From an uncultured Syntrophaceae bacterium (GTDB taxonomy: Bacteria; Desulfobacterota; Syntrophia; Syntrophales; UBA2210), in the NCBI GenBank assembly GCA_964571315.1, contig CAZNBR010000001.1:1-60456 (forward strand): a stretch of 60,456 bases of DNA, in the 5' to 3' direction. The notes under the pieces are model-generated. The model did no database searches. It saw nothing but the letters and a program-made list of their open reading frames with translations, and had not been told where the DNA came from. Numbering within the stretch: position 1 is the first letter of the stretch; each line of letters opens with the position of its first letter. The translations under genes were made by a program, and so were the position numbers. Below are positions 27,975 to 37,485 of the stretch, piece by piece.

Positions 27975-28478
27975 TTACGACCCTTTTTTGTAAACGTTCG
28001 TGATTCTTTCTATTACGCTGGTTGTCGACGACGGGTGATCGGCTGAGGTTCCGTTGAACTGCGGGATAATGACGCCCCCCCCCCCCCTCTTTTCCACCGA
28101 TTCGCGTCCGACGACGGTCTCTTTACTCCAGTCTCCGCCCTTGACCAGGATATCGGGTTCGATGGACTCTATCAGCGCGAGAGGGGTGTTTTCATCAAAT
28201 ATGGTCACATAATCCACCACATCGAGGGACGCCATTATGTACGCCCTTTCATCCCCGGGGACAATGGGCCGCAGCGGCCCCTTGATGGATCGCACCGATG
28301 AGTCGCTGTTGAGGGCAAGCACCAGGATGTCGCCCAGCCCTTTTGCCTGCTCGAGATACTTGACATGTCCTATGTGGAGGATATCAAAACAGCCGTTGGT
28401 GAAGACAATCCGTTTCCCCTCCCGTTTGAGCGCTGCAACCCTCTCCTTCAGATCTTCCCTGGAAAGTATCTTGTTCAT
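27975..28478 (-). CDS. hldC: D-glycero-beta-D-manno-heptose 1-phosphate adenylyltransferase (RfaE domain II type)
   Basis: AAGAGGTG RBS before the ATG at 28478. Cytidylyltransferase motif FTNGCFDILHIGHVKYL. C-terminal VKGGDW...STTSVIERI. Confidence 0.85.
   Translation of the reverse strand: MNKILSREDLKERVAALKREGKRIVFTNGCFDILHIGHVKYLEQAKGLGDILVLALNSDSSVRSIKGPLRPIVPGDERAYIMASLDVVDYVTIFDENTPLALIESIEPDILVKGGDWSKETVVGRESVEKRGGGGVIIPQFNGTSADHPSSTTSVIERITNVYKKGS
28075..28087. repeat. 13-nt homopolymer (C13 on the + strand, G13 on the hldC coding strand)
   Basis: Counted directly: six C at 28075-28080 plus seven C at 28081-28087. On the coding strand it encodes the GGGG of ...EKRGGGGVIIPQF.... Confidence 0.95.
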
Positions 28479-28507
28479 ACGCACCTCTTAAGTGTGACCC
28501 CCCACTC

Positions 28508-29242
28508 TCAGGCCCTTGCCAGCGTGAGCACCGCCACCTCCTTCGCGCCGCTTTGTACCAGCACTTTCGAACACTCCGCGGCGGTGCTGCCGGTGGTGTA
28601 GACATCATCTATCAGCACTATCTTGTGCCCTTGTATCCTGTTCCGAGCCTTCACTTCAAAGGCTCCCCGTACATTTGTCCTCCGTTTGCGCCCCGAGAGT
28701 TTGACCTGCGCCTCGGTGTGAAGCGTTCTCCTGAGGGCGAGAAAATCAAGGGGGATAGAAAACCGTTTCGATACCTGCCGTGCAAGGACAAGCGACTGGT
28801 TAAACCCCCGCTCCCTCAATCTCTTCGGATGAAGCGGGACGGGGATAATCAGAGAATAATCACCTATCGCCAGGGAATCGTACGGGGTCTGCGCCATCAT
28901 CCGCCCCAGGGCCTCTCCCACCGATATCTTTCCATGATACTTGAACAGATGGATGGCATCGAGGAGAGCCCCCTCATATATACCCAACGACCGGGCCACG
29001 GAAAAGGGATGGCTCGCCAGGATGCATTCCTCACAGAGATGATCTGCTCCCTGCGTTATTGTAAAGGGAAATCCGCAGGAGGTGCACAAGGGGGGTGTCG
29101 TAAAGCTTACTGCGGATAAGCAGTCGGAACAGAAGGGGTCTCCTTCACCGCCGATCAGGGCGTCCCCGCATGTCGCACATTGCACGGGAAACAGCATGTC
29201 GGCAAGGCCGGAGACCATTTCTTTCGCTTCACATATCATCAT
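28508..29242 (-). CDS. comF: ComF-family phosphoribosyltransferase-domain protein
   Basis: N-terminal Cys pairs (CATCGD...CSDC...CTSCG...CEEC) and PRTase motif KIVLIDDVYTTGST. Confidence 0.8.
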   Translation of the reverse strand: MMICEAKEMVSGLADMLFPVQCATCGDALIGGEGDPFCSDCLSAVSFTTPPLCTSCGFPFTITQGADHLCEECILASHPFSVARSLGIYEGALLDAIHLFKYHGKISVGEALGRMMAQTPYDSLAIGDYSLIIPVPLHPKRLRERGFNQSLVLARQVSKRFSIPLDFLALRRTLHTEAQVKLSGRKRRTNVRGAFEVKARNRIQGHKIVLIDDVYTTGSTAAECSKVLVQSGAKEVAVLTLARA

Positions 29243-29609
29243 TGAGAACGGTCAGCTCCTGTACGGATTCTTCGATGGCCATCCTGGGCGTATCCGCCCA
29301 CAGACCCTCGATATCATAAAATTCCCTCACGGGCTTGTAGAATATATGTAGTATCACATCGCCGTAATCCATCAGTATCCAGCTTCCGGAACGTTCCCCT
29401 TCAACTCCCAGGGGGAATACGCCCGCCTTCTTCAGTTTCTGCCCGATATGATCAGCGAGCGACTGTATCTGCCGGTCTGAGTTCCCGCTGCATATAACAA
29501 AGTAGTCGGCAAAGGAGGATACATCCTTCACGCTGAGTATGACGAGGTCTTCCGCTTTCCTGTCCAGAGCCGCATTGACGCACTGGAGAACAAGTTCTTG
29601 TGGATCCAA
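29229..29609 (-). CDS. rsfS: ribosome silencing factor
   Basis: 126 aa with a TTG start. LDRKAEDLVILSVKDVSSFADYFVICSGNSDRQ is typical of RsfS/IojAP. Confidence 0.85.
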   Translation of the reverse strand: MDPQELVLQCVNAALDRKAEDLVILSVKDVSSFADYFVICSGNSDRQIQSLADHIGQKLKKAGVFPLGVEGERSGSWILMDYGDVILHIFYKPVREFYDIEGLWADTPRMAIEESVQELTVLNDDM

Positions 29610-29717
29610 CGAAATGTCTTTAATAAAAACTACCCCCCCCTGAATTGTTGCCCGTCACCATGTAAATTAAGGGTTGTTGCTCCCTCTCCCGATACGCCGT
29701 GATATCGAGATTCCTCC

Positions 29718-29761
29718 GACGTGCACTGTTTCCAGCTTAGACGTGCACTCTTTCTAGCTTA
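29718..29761. repeat. two tandem 22-bp direct repeats (GACGTGCACTGTTTCCAGCTTA / GACGTGCACTCTTTCTAGCTTA)
   Basis: Copy 1 is at 29718-29739 and copy 2 at 29740-29761, with 20 of 22 nt identical. Each copy contains the GTGCAC palindrome. They lie between the purA stop and the rsfS start. Confidence 0.9.
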
Positions 29762-29774
29762 TAACAAGTGACCC

Positions 29775-31073
29775 TCACCAATGAAACGGGCTCCCCAGCA
29801 TAATGGTTTCATCTCTTCCCGGTCCCACGGAAACGAGAGACATCTTTACACCGGCCAATTCTTCCAGCCGTTTGATATACCTTCTCGCATTGGCAGGAAG
29901 GTCGTTCATGGCCCTCGCCCCGGTTATGTCTTCAGACCAGCCCTCCATCTCTTCATAAACGGGCCGACACTGCCCGAGCAGTTTTGCGTCGGGGGGAACA
30001 GATTCCGAGAATTGTTCATTATCGGTCTTATACCCGACACATATCCTGATCGGATCGATCCCCGTGAGGACGTCCAGTTTTGTCAGGGCTATACCGGTTA
30101 TCCCCGAGACCCTGACCGACTGTTTGACGAGGACCATATCAAGCCATCCGCATCGGCGTTTTCTCCCCGTCGTGGCGCCGAACTCGCATCCCACTTTCTG
30201 AATCTTTTTACCCACCGCTCCGGTCAGTTCCGTGACGAAAGGTCCCTCTCCGACCCGGGTGGTATATGCCTTGCAGATACCCACTACGGCGTCTATCCTT
30301 GTGGGTCCTATGCCTGCGCCGCAGCAGGCGCTCCCCGCTGCCGTGTTGGAGGATGTCACAAAGGGGTACGTCCCATGATCGATATCAAGATGGCACCCCT
30401 GCGCGCCCTCAAACAGGATGTCTCTACCCTTTTTGATTTCCTGGTCAATTATGAGGGATGTGTTTGCCGCGTATTGCCTGAGGCGATCGGCATATCCACA
30501 GTATTCGTCAAATATGGCATCATATTCTAGGGGCTTGTCGTTGTAGAACTGTGTCAGGTAGAAATTTTTCTCTTCGACATTTACGCGCAGCATCTCGCCG
30601 AATGTCTCGCTATCGAGAAGGTCGCACAGCCTGATGCCGGTGCGCGCGATCTTGTCTTCGTAAGCGGGGCCGATCCCCCTTCCCGTTGTTCCGATCTTTG
30701 CCACTCCCTTTTTCGTTTCGCGAACGACGTCCAACCGCCTGTGATACGGCATGATGATGTGGGCATTTTCGCTGATGTACAGTTTTGTATCGGGGGGAAA
30801 AAGGTTTTTTTCGCACAGCTCGTCAATCTCCCGGAGCAGTACCTCGGGATCAATCACCATACCATTGCCGAGGATGCAGATCTTCCGGTTGTGGAGGATC
30901 CCCGACGGTACCAGATGAAGTATGGTTTGCCTTCCCTCGACCACCAGGGTATGTCCCGCGTTATTGCCCCCCTGGAAGCGGGCGATAACATCCGCTTCAT
31001 GAGCGTACAGGTCAACGATCTTCCCCTTTCCCTCATCGCCCCACTGGGTGCCGACTATGATTACCTGTGCCAT
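29775..31073 (-). CDS. purA: adenylosuccinate synthase
   Basis: GTQWGDEGKGK P-loop, GGNNAGHT, GTTGRGIGP; 432 aa. Confidence 0.97.
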   Translation of the reverse strand: MAQVIIVGTQWGDEGKGKIVDLYAHEADVIARFQGGNNAGHTLVVEGRQTILHLVPSGILHNRKICILGNGMVIDPEVLLREIDELCEKNLFPPDTKLYISENAHIIMPYHRRLDVVRETKKGVAKIGTTGRGIGPAYEDKIARTGIRLCDLLDSETFGEMLRVNVEEKNFYLTQFYNDKPLEYDAIFDEYCGYADRLRQYAANTSLIIDQEIKKGRDILFEGAQGCHLDIDHGTYPFVTSSNTAAGSACCGAGIGPTRIDAVVGICKAYTTRVGEGPFVTELTGAVGKKIQKVGCEFGATTGRKRRCGWLDMVLVKQSVRVSGITGIALTKLDVLTGIDPIRICVGYKTDNEQFSESVPPDAKLLGQCRPVYEEMEGWSEDITGARAMNDLPANARRYIKRLEELAGVKMSLVSVGPGRDETIMLGSPFHW

Positions 31074-31107
31074 GGTCTTCCGTCTCCGCTCAAGTAGTTG
31101 TAAGAGG

Positions 31108-32691
31108 CTACATCTCCATTCTGATAACGGATATGATGTTGGGCAGTCCCCGCAGCTTTGTCACGGTGTCTTTGGAAACGGGACTGTCTGTGCTCAGAAC
31201 GACGAGCGCCTTCCCGTCCACCTTTTCGCGACCCAGGTGGAGTCGTGCGATATTTACCCCGTCATTGCCAAGGGTTGTGGCTATGTTTCCTATGACACCG
31301 GGTCTATCGTGGTTGTAGAGCATCAGCATGGACCCCTCGGGGATAACATCCAGCATGAACTTATTGATCCTGACGATCCGCAGGTCTTCCCGCCCGAATA
31401 TGGCTCCCGCTGCGAATGAGTCTTCCTGGTCCGTCTTCACGGTAGCGGAAATCATATTTTTGTAGTCCTTCATCTCACTGCTCTTTGATTCTATGATACG
31501 GATGCCCCGTTCCTTCGCTATAAACGGGGCGTTAATATAGTTGACACTGTCCTTCAGGGCCGGCGTGAGGAGCCCCTTCAAGAAGGACATGGTGACGGGG
31601 GCCACATTATGATCAAGGATGGCGCCGCTGTACTCAATGGCAACCTCTTTGATCCCCCCGGCAACAATCTGTGCAACAAATCTTCCGACCTTTTCTCCCA
31701 GGGTCAGGTACGGTTTTATCAGGGCGAGCACCTCCGCACTGACGGAGGGGAAATTGACGGCATTCTTTATCTCGCCTGTCGTCAGACAATCCACTATCTG
31801 CTGGGCGATGGCGATTGCGACATTTCTCTGTGCCTCATCCGTTGATGCGCCCAGATGCGGCGTGCAGATGATATTGTCCAGGGAGAGGAGCTTCATGTTC
31901 TTGGTGGGCTCGTCCACAAAGACGTCAAGGGCGGCACCGGCGACCTTGCCGGAGACAAGGGCGGCATGCAGATCGTCTTCATCAATGATCCCGCCCCGTG
32001 CGCAGTTGATAACGAATACGCCATCCTTCATCTTTTCGAAGGAAGCGGCGTTGATCAGCCCCCGTGTCTCTTCCGTCAGGGGGGTGTGCACCGAGATAAA
32101 ATCGGCCTTTTGGAGGACCTCGTCGAGAGGGGCAAGCAAAATTCCCATCTTCTCCGCTGCTTCATATGAGATAAAGGGGTCATAGGCCATCACATTCATG
32201 GTCAGCCCCTGGGCCCGGTTGGCCACAATGGAGCCCACCCTTCCAATACCGATGATCCCCAGCGTCTTGTTGGAGACCTCGCAACCCATAAACTTCTTTT
32301 TTTCCCACTTCCCCGCCTTTGTGGAGGCGGTAGCCTGCGGAATTCTTCGGGCCAGGGAAAGCATCATGGCTATGGCGTGCTCCGCCGTGGTGATCGTATT
32401 GCCGCCGGGGGTGTTCATGACCACGATCCCCTTCTTGCTTGCCGCTTCGACCGCCACGTTATCGAGACCTATCCCGGCCCTGCCGACAACCTTGAGGCGC
32501 TCCGCCGCAGCGATGATCTCCTCTGTTACCTTGGTGGCACTCCGTATGGCCAGCCCGTCATAGTTTTTTATTATGTCCTTCAGCTCATCGGGGGTAAGGT
32601 CTGTCATGATATCAACCTCGATCCCCGGGGCATTTTTAAATATCTCGATACCTTCTTTCGCCAGCGTATCGCTTACCAGAACCCTCTTCAT
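31108..32691 (-). CDS. serA: D-3-phosphoglycerate dehydrogenase (long form with ASB and ACT domains)
   Basis: 527 aa with NAD fold GIIGIGRVG and catalytic region CTPHLGAST, plus C-terminal regulatory domains. Confidence 0.95.
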   Translation of the reverse strand: MKRVLVSDTLAKEGIEIFKNAPGIEVDIMTDLTPDELKDIIKNYDGLAIRSATKVTEEIIAAAERLKVVGRAGIGLDNVAVEAASKKGIVVMNTPGGNTITTAEHAIAMMLSLARRIPQATASTKAGKWEKKKFMGCEVSNKTLGIIGIGRVGSIVANRAQGLTMNVMAYDPFISYEAAEKMGILLAPLDEVLQKADFISVHTPLTEETRGLINAASFEKMKDGVFVINCARGGIIDEDDLHAALVSGKVAGAALDVFVDEPTKNMKLLSLDNIICTPHLGASTDEAQRNVAIAIAQQIVDCLTTGEIKNAVNFPSVSAEVLALIKPYLTLGEKVGRFVAQIVAGGIKEVAIEYSGAILDHNVAPVTMSFLKGLLTPALKDSVNYINAPFIAKERGIRIIESKSSEMKDYKNMISATVKTDQEDSFAAGAIFGREDLRIVRINKFMLDVIPEGSMLMLYNHDRPGVIGNIATTLGNDGVNIARLHLGREKVDGKALVVLSTDSPVSKDTVTKLRGLPNIISVIRMEM

Positions 32692-32742
32692 GAGTCGTTG
32701 TATCCTTTCTCGTGTATTGTCGCCGGCATGTCCGGCCGATTT

Positions 32743-33870
32743 TCACAGACTTTCCATCCTGAGCAGACACGCCGCCTCCAGCCCCTCAACGACTGTCCTG
32801 ACATCCGATGCGTCCACGGTGGGCCCACACCATATGCGAAACCCCGGAGGGGCATCCTTGTAGGAGCCTATGTCATGGGCGATGCCTTCTCTGCTCAGTC
32901 TTCCCGTAATATCTTTGACAAATGCCGACTGATCCTTATTGGACAGTGCCTGAAACCTGCTGTCCGTAACCTTCAGGCAGACGGATGTGCTGGATCGAGT
33001 ATCTTCAGACTCGGCAAGAAAGTCAATCCAGTCCGTCCGACTGACCCACTCCTCCACCACCTTCAGGTTTCCCCTGCTTCTTTTGATAAGACCGGGCAGA
33101 CCGATTCCCCCGGCCCACGCGAGGGCATCCAGATAATCCTCCACACAGAGCATCGAGGGGGTGTTGATCGTATCCCCTTTGAAGATTTCCCTGTTTACCG
33201 TGCCGCCCTTTGCAAGGCGGAATATCTTCGGCATCGGCCACGGAGGGTCATAGGTCTCCAGCCGTTCCACGGCCCGCGGGCCCAGGACCAGCACCCCGTG
33301 GGCGGCCTCTCCTCCCAGGCACTTCTGCCAGGAGTAGGCCAGGACGTCGATCTTTGACCACTCGATATCCATGGCAAAGGCCGCGCTGGTTGCATCGCAC
33401 AGGGTCAGGCCTTTCCGGTCATCGGGTATCCATTTCCAGTCGGGAATTCTGACACCGCTGGTCGTACCATTGGCCACAAAGACCACGTCGTTCGCCCAGT
33501 CGATACCCCCCAGATCGGGGAGCTGCCCGTAATCCGCCTCAAGGATCGTGGGCCTGAGCTTCAACTGCTTGTCCACATCCGTTGCCCATCCCTTACTGAA
33601 ACTCTCCCAAACGAGTACCGTTACCGGACGAGGCCCAAGGAGCGACCACATGGCTGCCTCAAAGGCACCGGTGTCGGAGCCGGGAAGTATCCCGAGAAGG
33701 TACCCTTCCGGTATCCCGAGTACCTCTTTACTCTCGTTTATCGCCCGCGCCAGCTTTTCCCTGCCGAGGGCGCTGCGGTGAGAACGCCCGAGGGCCGCCT
33801 CTTTCAACACATCAACGTTCCACCCCGGTCTCTTGGAGCACGGACCGGAACTGAAGTTTGGATTGTTCAT
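32743..33870 (-). CDS. serC: phosphoserine aminotransferase (short, ~375-aa type)
   Basis: The ORF is open to 34602, but the ATG at 33870 gives [20 protein letters not shown]-Lys context [10 protein letters not shown]. It is directly upstream of serA. Confidence 0.85.
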   Translation of the reverse strand: MNNPNFSSGPCSKRPGWNVDVLKEAALGRSHRSALGREKLARAINESKEVLGIPEGYLLGILPGSDTGAFEAAMWSLLGPRPVTVLVWESFSKGWATDVDKQLKLRPTILEADYGQLPDLGGIDWANDVVFVANGTTSGVRIPDWKWIPDDRKGLTLCDATSAAFAMDIEWSKIDVLAYSWQKCLGGEAAHGVLVLGPRAVERLETYDPPWPMPKIFRLAKGGTVNREIFKGDTINTPSMLCVEDYLDALAWAGGIGLPGLIKRSRGNLKVVEEWVSRTDWIDFLAESEDTRSSTSVCLKVTDSRFQALSNKDQSAFVKDITGRLSREGIAHDIGSYKDAPPGFRIWCGPTVDASDVRTVVEGLEAACLLRMESL

Positions 33871-34113
33871 ACAGACCCCTTCTCTCATCTGTTGGCAAAT
33901 TGTGCTCATACCAGAATTGCCATTGTGTGTCCATCCATAAGTGAGGCGTTTCACGATTTTCAGGGCGCCGGCCGGATGGCGGTAAGGGCACCTGAACCGC
34001 TGAAAAAATCCCCCGGGTATACCGGAGCACGGGGTTTTGAGTTGCGTAAACCGGCCAAATTGGTTAGAGTTCGTCAGCCTTACAGCCAGGGCCGATACCC
34101 CCGGAGGATAGTT

Positions 34114-35475
34114 ATGAAAAAGATAAAGACCACCTTTTTCTGTCAGAATTGTGGTCATCAGTCCGCAAAGTGGCTCGGCAGGTGTCCTTCCTGCGGAGAA
34201 TGGAACCAGTGTCTCGAGGAAGAGGAGAGGATCGCTCCGGTCGAAGGCTCCCTGGATGCAGGGTTCAATGAAGAACCCCTGCCCATCGACACCATCACGG
34301 CGGATGAAAAGGACCGACTCCGGACAGGCATCGCCGAAATAGACCGGGTACTGGGTGGAGGTATCGTGGGGGGCTCCGCCATACTGATAGGGGGTGATCC
34401 CGGCATAGGGAAATCCACCCTCCTCCTGCAGGTCATGCAGAATCTTGCCGCAAGCGGGCTGGTGGCCCTCTATGTGTCGGGGGAGGAATCGGCACGCCAG
34501 ATCAAACTCCGGGGCGGACGTATAGGGGCCTCGTCGAAAAACCTGATGGTGCTTGTCGAGGTGTCGCTTGAGAACATTCTGAGGCATATACATGAGATGC
34601 ATCCCGGGATCGTGGTTATCGATTCCATTCAGACGGTGTACTCATCGGCGATCACCTCCGCCCCCGGGAGTGTAAGCCAGATAAAGGAGACATCGGGGAA
34701 GCTCATCATGATGTCGAAGAAGACGGGGATTCCAATATTCCTGATCGGTCATGTGACAAAGGAGGGATCGATAGCGGGGCCAAAAATATTAGAACACATG
34801 GTGGATACGGTCCTGTATTTTGAGGGAGACTCGGGGCATACCTTCAGGATCATACGCAATGTAAAAAACAGATATGGCCCCACCAATGAAATCGGCGTCT
34901 TTGAAATGAGAGAACATGGCCTTGTCGAGATATCGAATCCATCGGCCCTGTTCCTGTCGGAACGGCCGAAGGGCGCGGCCGGGTCGGTGGTTGTGCCCAG
35001 CATGGAAGGGACACGACCGCTGCTGGTGGAAATCCAGTCCCTGGTCAGCGAGAACTCCTTCGGCATTCCCAGAAGGACGACCATCGGGGTGGACCACAAT
35101 CGGGTGTCGCTCCTTGCGGCCGTTATGGAGAAGGTATGCGGACTCCACTTGGGGAATCACGATATCTTTATCAATGTCGCCGGCGGCGTGAAGCTGAACG
35201 AGCCGGCGGTGGATCTCGGGATCATTTCATCCCTGATGTCCAGTTTTCTGAACAGGCCGATCGACGCCGACACCGTTGTCTGCGGTGAGGTCGGTCTGAC
35301 GGGGGAAGTGCGCAGTGTCGGCCGGATGGATGAAAGGATCAAAGAGGCGTCGAGAATGGGGTTCAACCGCTGCATCCTGCCCGGGAGCTCCTTCAGTGAG
35401 ACGGTGACGGACCCACAGATGACCCGGGTTACTATCGACACCATAAAGGAATTGTCGGAACATCTCTTTGTGTAA
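34114..35475 (+). CDS. radA: DNA repair protein RadA/Sms
   Basis: GGAGGA RBS. Zn ribbon [21 protein letters not shown], Walker [16 protein letters not shown] motif and a Lon-like C-terminal domain. Confidence 0.95.
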   Translation: MKKIKTTFFCQNCGHQSAKWLGRCPSCGEWNQCLEEEERIAPVEGSLDAGFNEEPLPIDTITADEKDRLRTGIAEIDRVLGGGIVGGSAILIGGDPGIGKSTLLLQVMQNLAASGLVALYVSGEESARQIKLRGGRIGASSKNLMVLVEVSLENILRHIHEMHPGIVVIDSIQTVYSSAITSAPGSVSQIKETSGKLIMMSKKTGIPIFLIGHVTKEGSIAGPKILEHMVDTVLYFEGDSGHTFRIIRNVKNRYGPTNEIGVFEMREHGLVEISNPSALFLSERPKGAAGSVVVPSMEGTRPLLVEIQSLVSENSFGIPRRTTIGVDHNRVSLLAAVMEKVCGLHLGNHDIFINVAGGVKLNEPAVDLGIISSLMSSFLNRPIDADTVVCGEVGLTGEVRSVGRMDERIKEASRMGFNRCILPGSSFSETVTDPQMTRVTIDTIKELSEHLFV

Positions 35476-35619
35476 AAAGCCTTTGACAGGACGGCATTGT
35501 AACCTTCAGGACCCTCTGCCGATGACGGGTCCCCGCCCTGTTGGGGACGATGTCATGCCCGCCCCGGATTGCTTCTGGGACGGGAAAGGGCTTCGTCGCG
35601 GGCCTGTCCATAAAATTTC

Positions 35620-35646
35620 TTGACAACCATTTTAATACGGTATAAG
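35620..35646 (+). promoter_or_regulatory. possible tRNA promoter (TTGACA-15 nt-TATAAG)
   Basis: TTGACA at 35620-35625 and TATAAG at 35641-35646. The spacer is shorter than optimal. Confidence 0.3.
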
Positions 35647-35679
35647 AAACCTGTTTTTTAGTCAGCTCAAAGTGTCTTT

Positions 35680-35755
35680 GGGCCCATAGCTCAGCTGGAA
35701 GAGCCACCGGCTCATAACCGGTAGGTCCCTGGTTCGAACCCAGGTGGGCCCACCA
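35680..35755 (+). tRNA. tRNA with CAT anticodon (elongator Met, or Ile2 if lysidine-modified), CCA encoded
   Basis: 76 nt. The acceptor stem GGGCCCA pairs with TGGGCCC. D-loop AGCTCAGCTGGAAGAGC, anticodon loop CTCATAA, T-arm GGTTCGAACCC. G1-C72 is paired, so it is not an initiator. Confidence 0.9.
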
Positions 35756-35831
35756 TTTAAAGCAGGATATGTGGATTTTAGAAAAATACAGATGCCAGCA
35801 GAAACAATTATATATGATTTTTTACTGAGGG

Positions 35832-35861
35832 GTGCACCAAGATTTTGGTGCACTTTTTTTT
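35832..35861 (+). terminator. rho-independent terminator downstream of the tRNA
   Basis: GTGCACCAA / TTGGTGCAC stem with a GATT loop, followed by T8 (35854-35861). Confidence 0.75.
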
Positions 35862-35888
35862 GCACATCGGTCGGAAAGGGGAAGCTTT

Positions 35889-36608
35889 TTGAAAGAGCAG
35901 ATACTTTTGTTGATTGAACTTCAAAATATAACGTTTGAGATATATAAGCTGACGACAAAGCGGGTGGATTTGCCGCAGGAAATAAAGAGGCTTGGCGAGG
36001 AATTGGAGAGCATTGCAAGGGATCTGAAGGAAGACGAACAAAGGATGGAGATGCTGAAAGCCGATCACAAGGCAAAAGAAACCGCACTGAAAAATGGTAT
36101 CGAACAGGTAAAAAAGGCAAAGAGCCGCCTGCTTGAGGTCAAGACCAATAAAGAATATGAAGCAACATTGAAAGAGATAGACGCCATAGATGAGAAGAAC
36201 AGCGGAGTTGAGGACGAGATAATTCATATGCTTGAGGAGATCGACAGGGTCGGCGAGAGCTTGAAAGCAAAGGAGAGTGAAACAGCCGGGCGCGGTTCCA
36301 CATGCGAACATGAGATGCTGAAGATGGAAGAGGAGCTGAATTCCATCGGCTCTGAACTGGAGAAGATACTGAAAAGAAGGGACGAGGTAAGAAGCAGAAC
36401 AAAAGCAAGCTTTCTCAAAAAATTTGATATCATAAAAGACAGGAAGCGTGGTCGGGCCGTTGTGCCCGTGTGGAAGGCGGTCTGCTACGGATGTCACATG
36501 AATATTCCTCCACAGATGTATAACGAATTGCAGAGGAATGATAAACTGATGCTGTGCCCTCATTGCGAGAGAATCATCTACTGGGAAGACAGGAATACCG
36601 ATGCCTGA
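35889..36608 (+). CDS. COG1579-type coiled-coil protein with C-terminal C4 zinc ribbon
   Basis: TTG start behind GGAAAGGGGAAG; the annotated ATG at 35832 lies inside the terminator hairpin. It has long heptad-rich coiled-coil sequence and CYGCHMNIPPQ...CPHCERI. Confidence 0.7.
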   Translation: MKEQILLLIELQNITFEIYKLTTKRVDLPQEIKRLGEELESIARDLKEDEQRMEMLKADHKAKETALKNGIEQVKKAKSRLLEVKTNKEYEATLKEIDAIDEKNSGVEDEIIHMLEEIDRVGESLKAKESETAGRGSTCEHEMLKMEEELNSIGSELEKILKRRDEVRSRTKASFLKKFDIIKDRKRGRAVVPVWKAVCYGCHMNIPPQMYNELQRNDKLMLCPHCERIIYWEDRNTDA

Positions 36609-37023
36609 GAAAAAAGCGGTCCGGCTGTATACCGACGGGGCGTGTCGTGGTAACCCCGGGAGTGGCGGGGCCGGAGCCGTCCTGTTCGATGAAAATGGGG
36701 GCATCCTGGCAACCGCGAAAAAATTTCTGGGTACCTGCACAAACAATGAGGCCGAATATGCCGCCCTTACCTTGGGGCTGGAAAAGGCCCTTTCGGGTGG
36801 ACACAAAACCATTCACGTGTTCCTTGATTCAGAACTCCTCGTACGACAGATTAATGGTATCTACCGGGTAAAAAATAACCGGTTGAAGCCCCTTATGCAA
36901 GAGGTGCAACGACACCTCGCACTGTTTGATGGATATACCGTCGAACACGTGCCCCGTTCCGAGAATGCCATAGCCGATAGGCTCGCAAATGAGGCCATCG
37001 ATGATGAGTTTGACAGGGTTTAA
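36601..37023 (+). CDS. rnhA: ribonuclease HI family protein
   Basis: Catalytic DEDD context: YTDGA, NNEAEY, DSELL, ADRLANEA. 140 aa. It overlaps the upstream gene by 8 nt. Confidence 0.85.
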   Translation: MPEKKAVRLYTDGACRGNPGSGGAGAVLFDENGGILATAKKFLGTCTNNEAEYAALTLGLEKALSGGHKTIHVFLDSELLVRQINGIYRVKNNRLKPLMQEVQRHLALFDGYTVEHVPRSENAIADRLANEAIDDEFDRV

Positions 37024-37043
37024 AAGTATGGTATATACGGTAT

Positions 37044-37420
37044 GTCAGAGCAGATCGGATGATCGCGGGTCCGCGTCAGCGGACCGGAGGAAAGTCCGAG
37101 CTCCACAGGGCGGGATGGTCGCTAACGGCGACTGGGGGCGACCCTAAGGAAAGTGCCACAGAAAATATACCGCCCCGATCTTTTTCGGGGTAAGGGTGAA
37201 AAGGCGAGGTAAGAGCTCACCAGTTTCCCGGGTGACCGGGAAAGCTTGGTAAACCCCATCCGGAGCAAGACCAAATAGGGAAACGTTGAGGGCGGCCCGT
37301 CCGAAGTTTCCGGGTAGGTCGCTTGAGGCGGCAGGCAACTGCCGTCCCAGATGAATGATCATCGCTCTTTCAGGGAAACCGGGAAGAGGAACAGAACTCG
37401 GCTTACAGATCTACTCTGAC
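37044..37420 (+). ncRNA. rnpB: RNase P RNA, bacterial type A
   Basis: P1 pairing GTCAGAGCAGATC...GATCTACTCTGAC. Conserved blocks: GGAGGAAAGTCCGAGCTCCACAGGGC, GGTAAGGGTGAAAAGGCGAGGTAAGAGCTCACC, GGTAAACCCCATCCGGAGCAAGACCAAATAGG, CAGATGAATGATC and ACAGAACTCGGCTTACAG. Confidence 0.92.
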
Positions 37421-37427
37421 GCACATT

Positions 37428-37466
37428 AAAAAAGGATATGCGGCCAAAAGGCCGCATATCCTTTTT
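37428..37466. terminator. bidirectional rho-independent terminator shared by rnpB (+) and ppsA (-)
   Basis: A6-GGATATGCGGCC-AAAA-GGCCGCATATCC-T5: a perfect 12-bp stem flanked by A and T tracts. Confidence 0.85.
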
Positions 37467-37485
37467 GTTTTGTTCAGGAGCGCAG

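Noticed and set aside
29718-29761. A sigma54 -24/-12 promoter inside the 22-bp repeats (CTGGAAACAGTGCA on the minus strand).
   Set aside because: The GG-to-GC spacing is 3 nt shorter than the TGGCAC-N5-TTGC consensus, so it does not fit a sigma54 promoter.
33871-34602. A 5' extension of the serC reading frame (619-aa ORF), and likewise the extension of radA back to 33778.
   Set aside because: The conserved N-termini begin at the internal ATGs (33870 for serC, and 34114 with a GGAGGA RBS for radA). The extensions overlap each other on opposite strands and show no protein-like features.
35680-35888. The tRNA-Met locus as an integration site for a genomic island.
   Set aside because: There is no duplicated copy of the tRNA 3' end, integrase or compositional shift downstream. 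The tRNA is followed by its own terminator and ordinary housekeeping genes.
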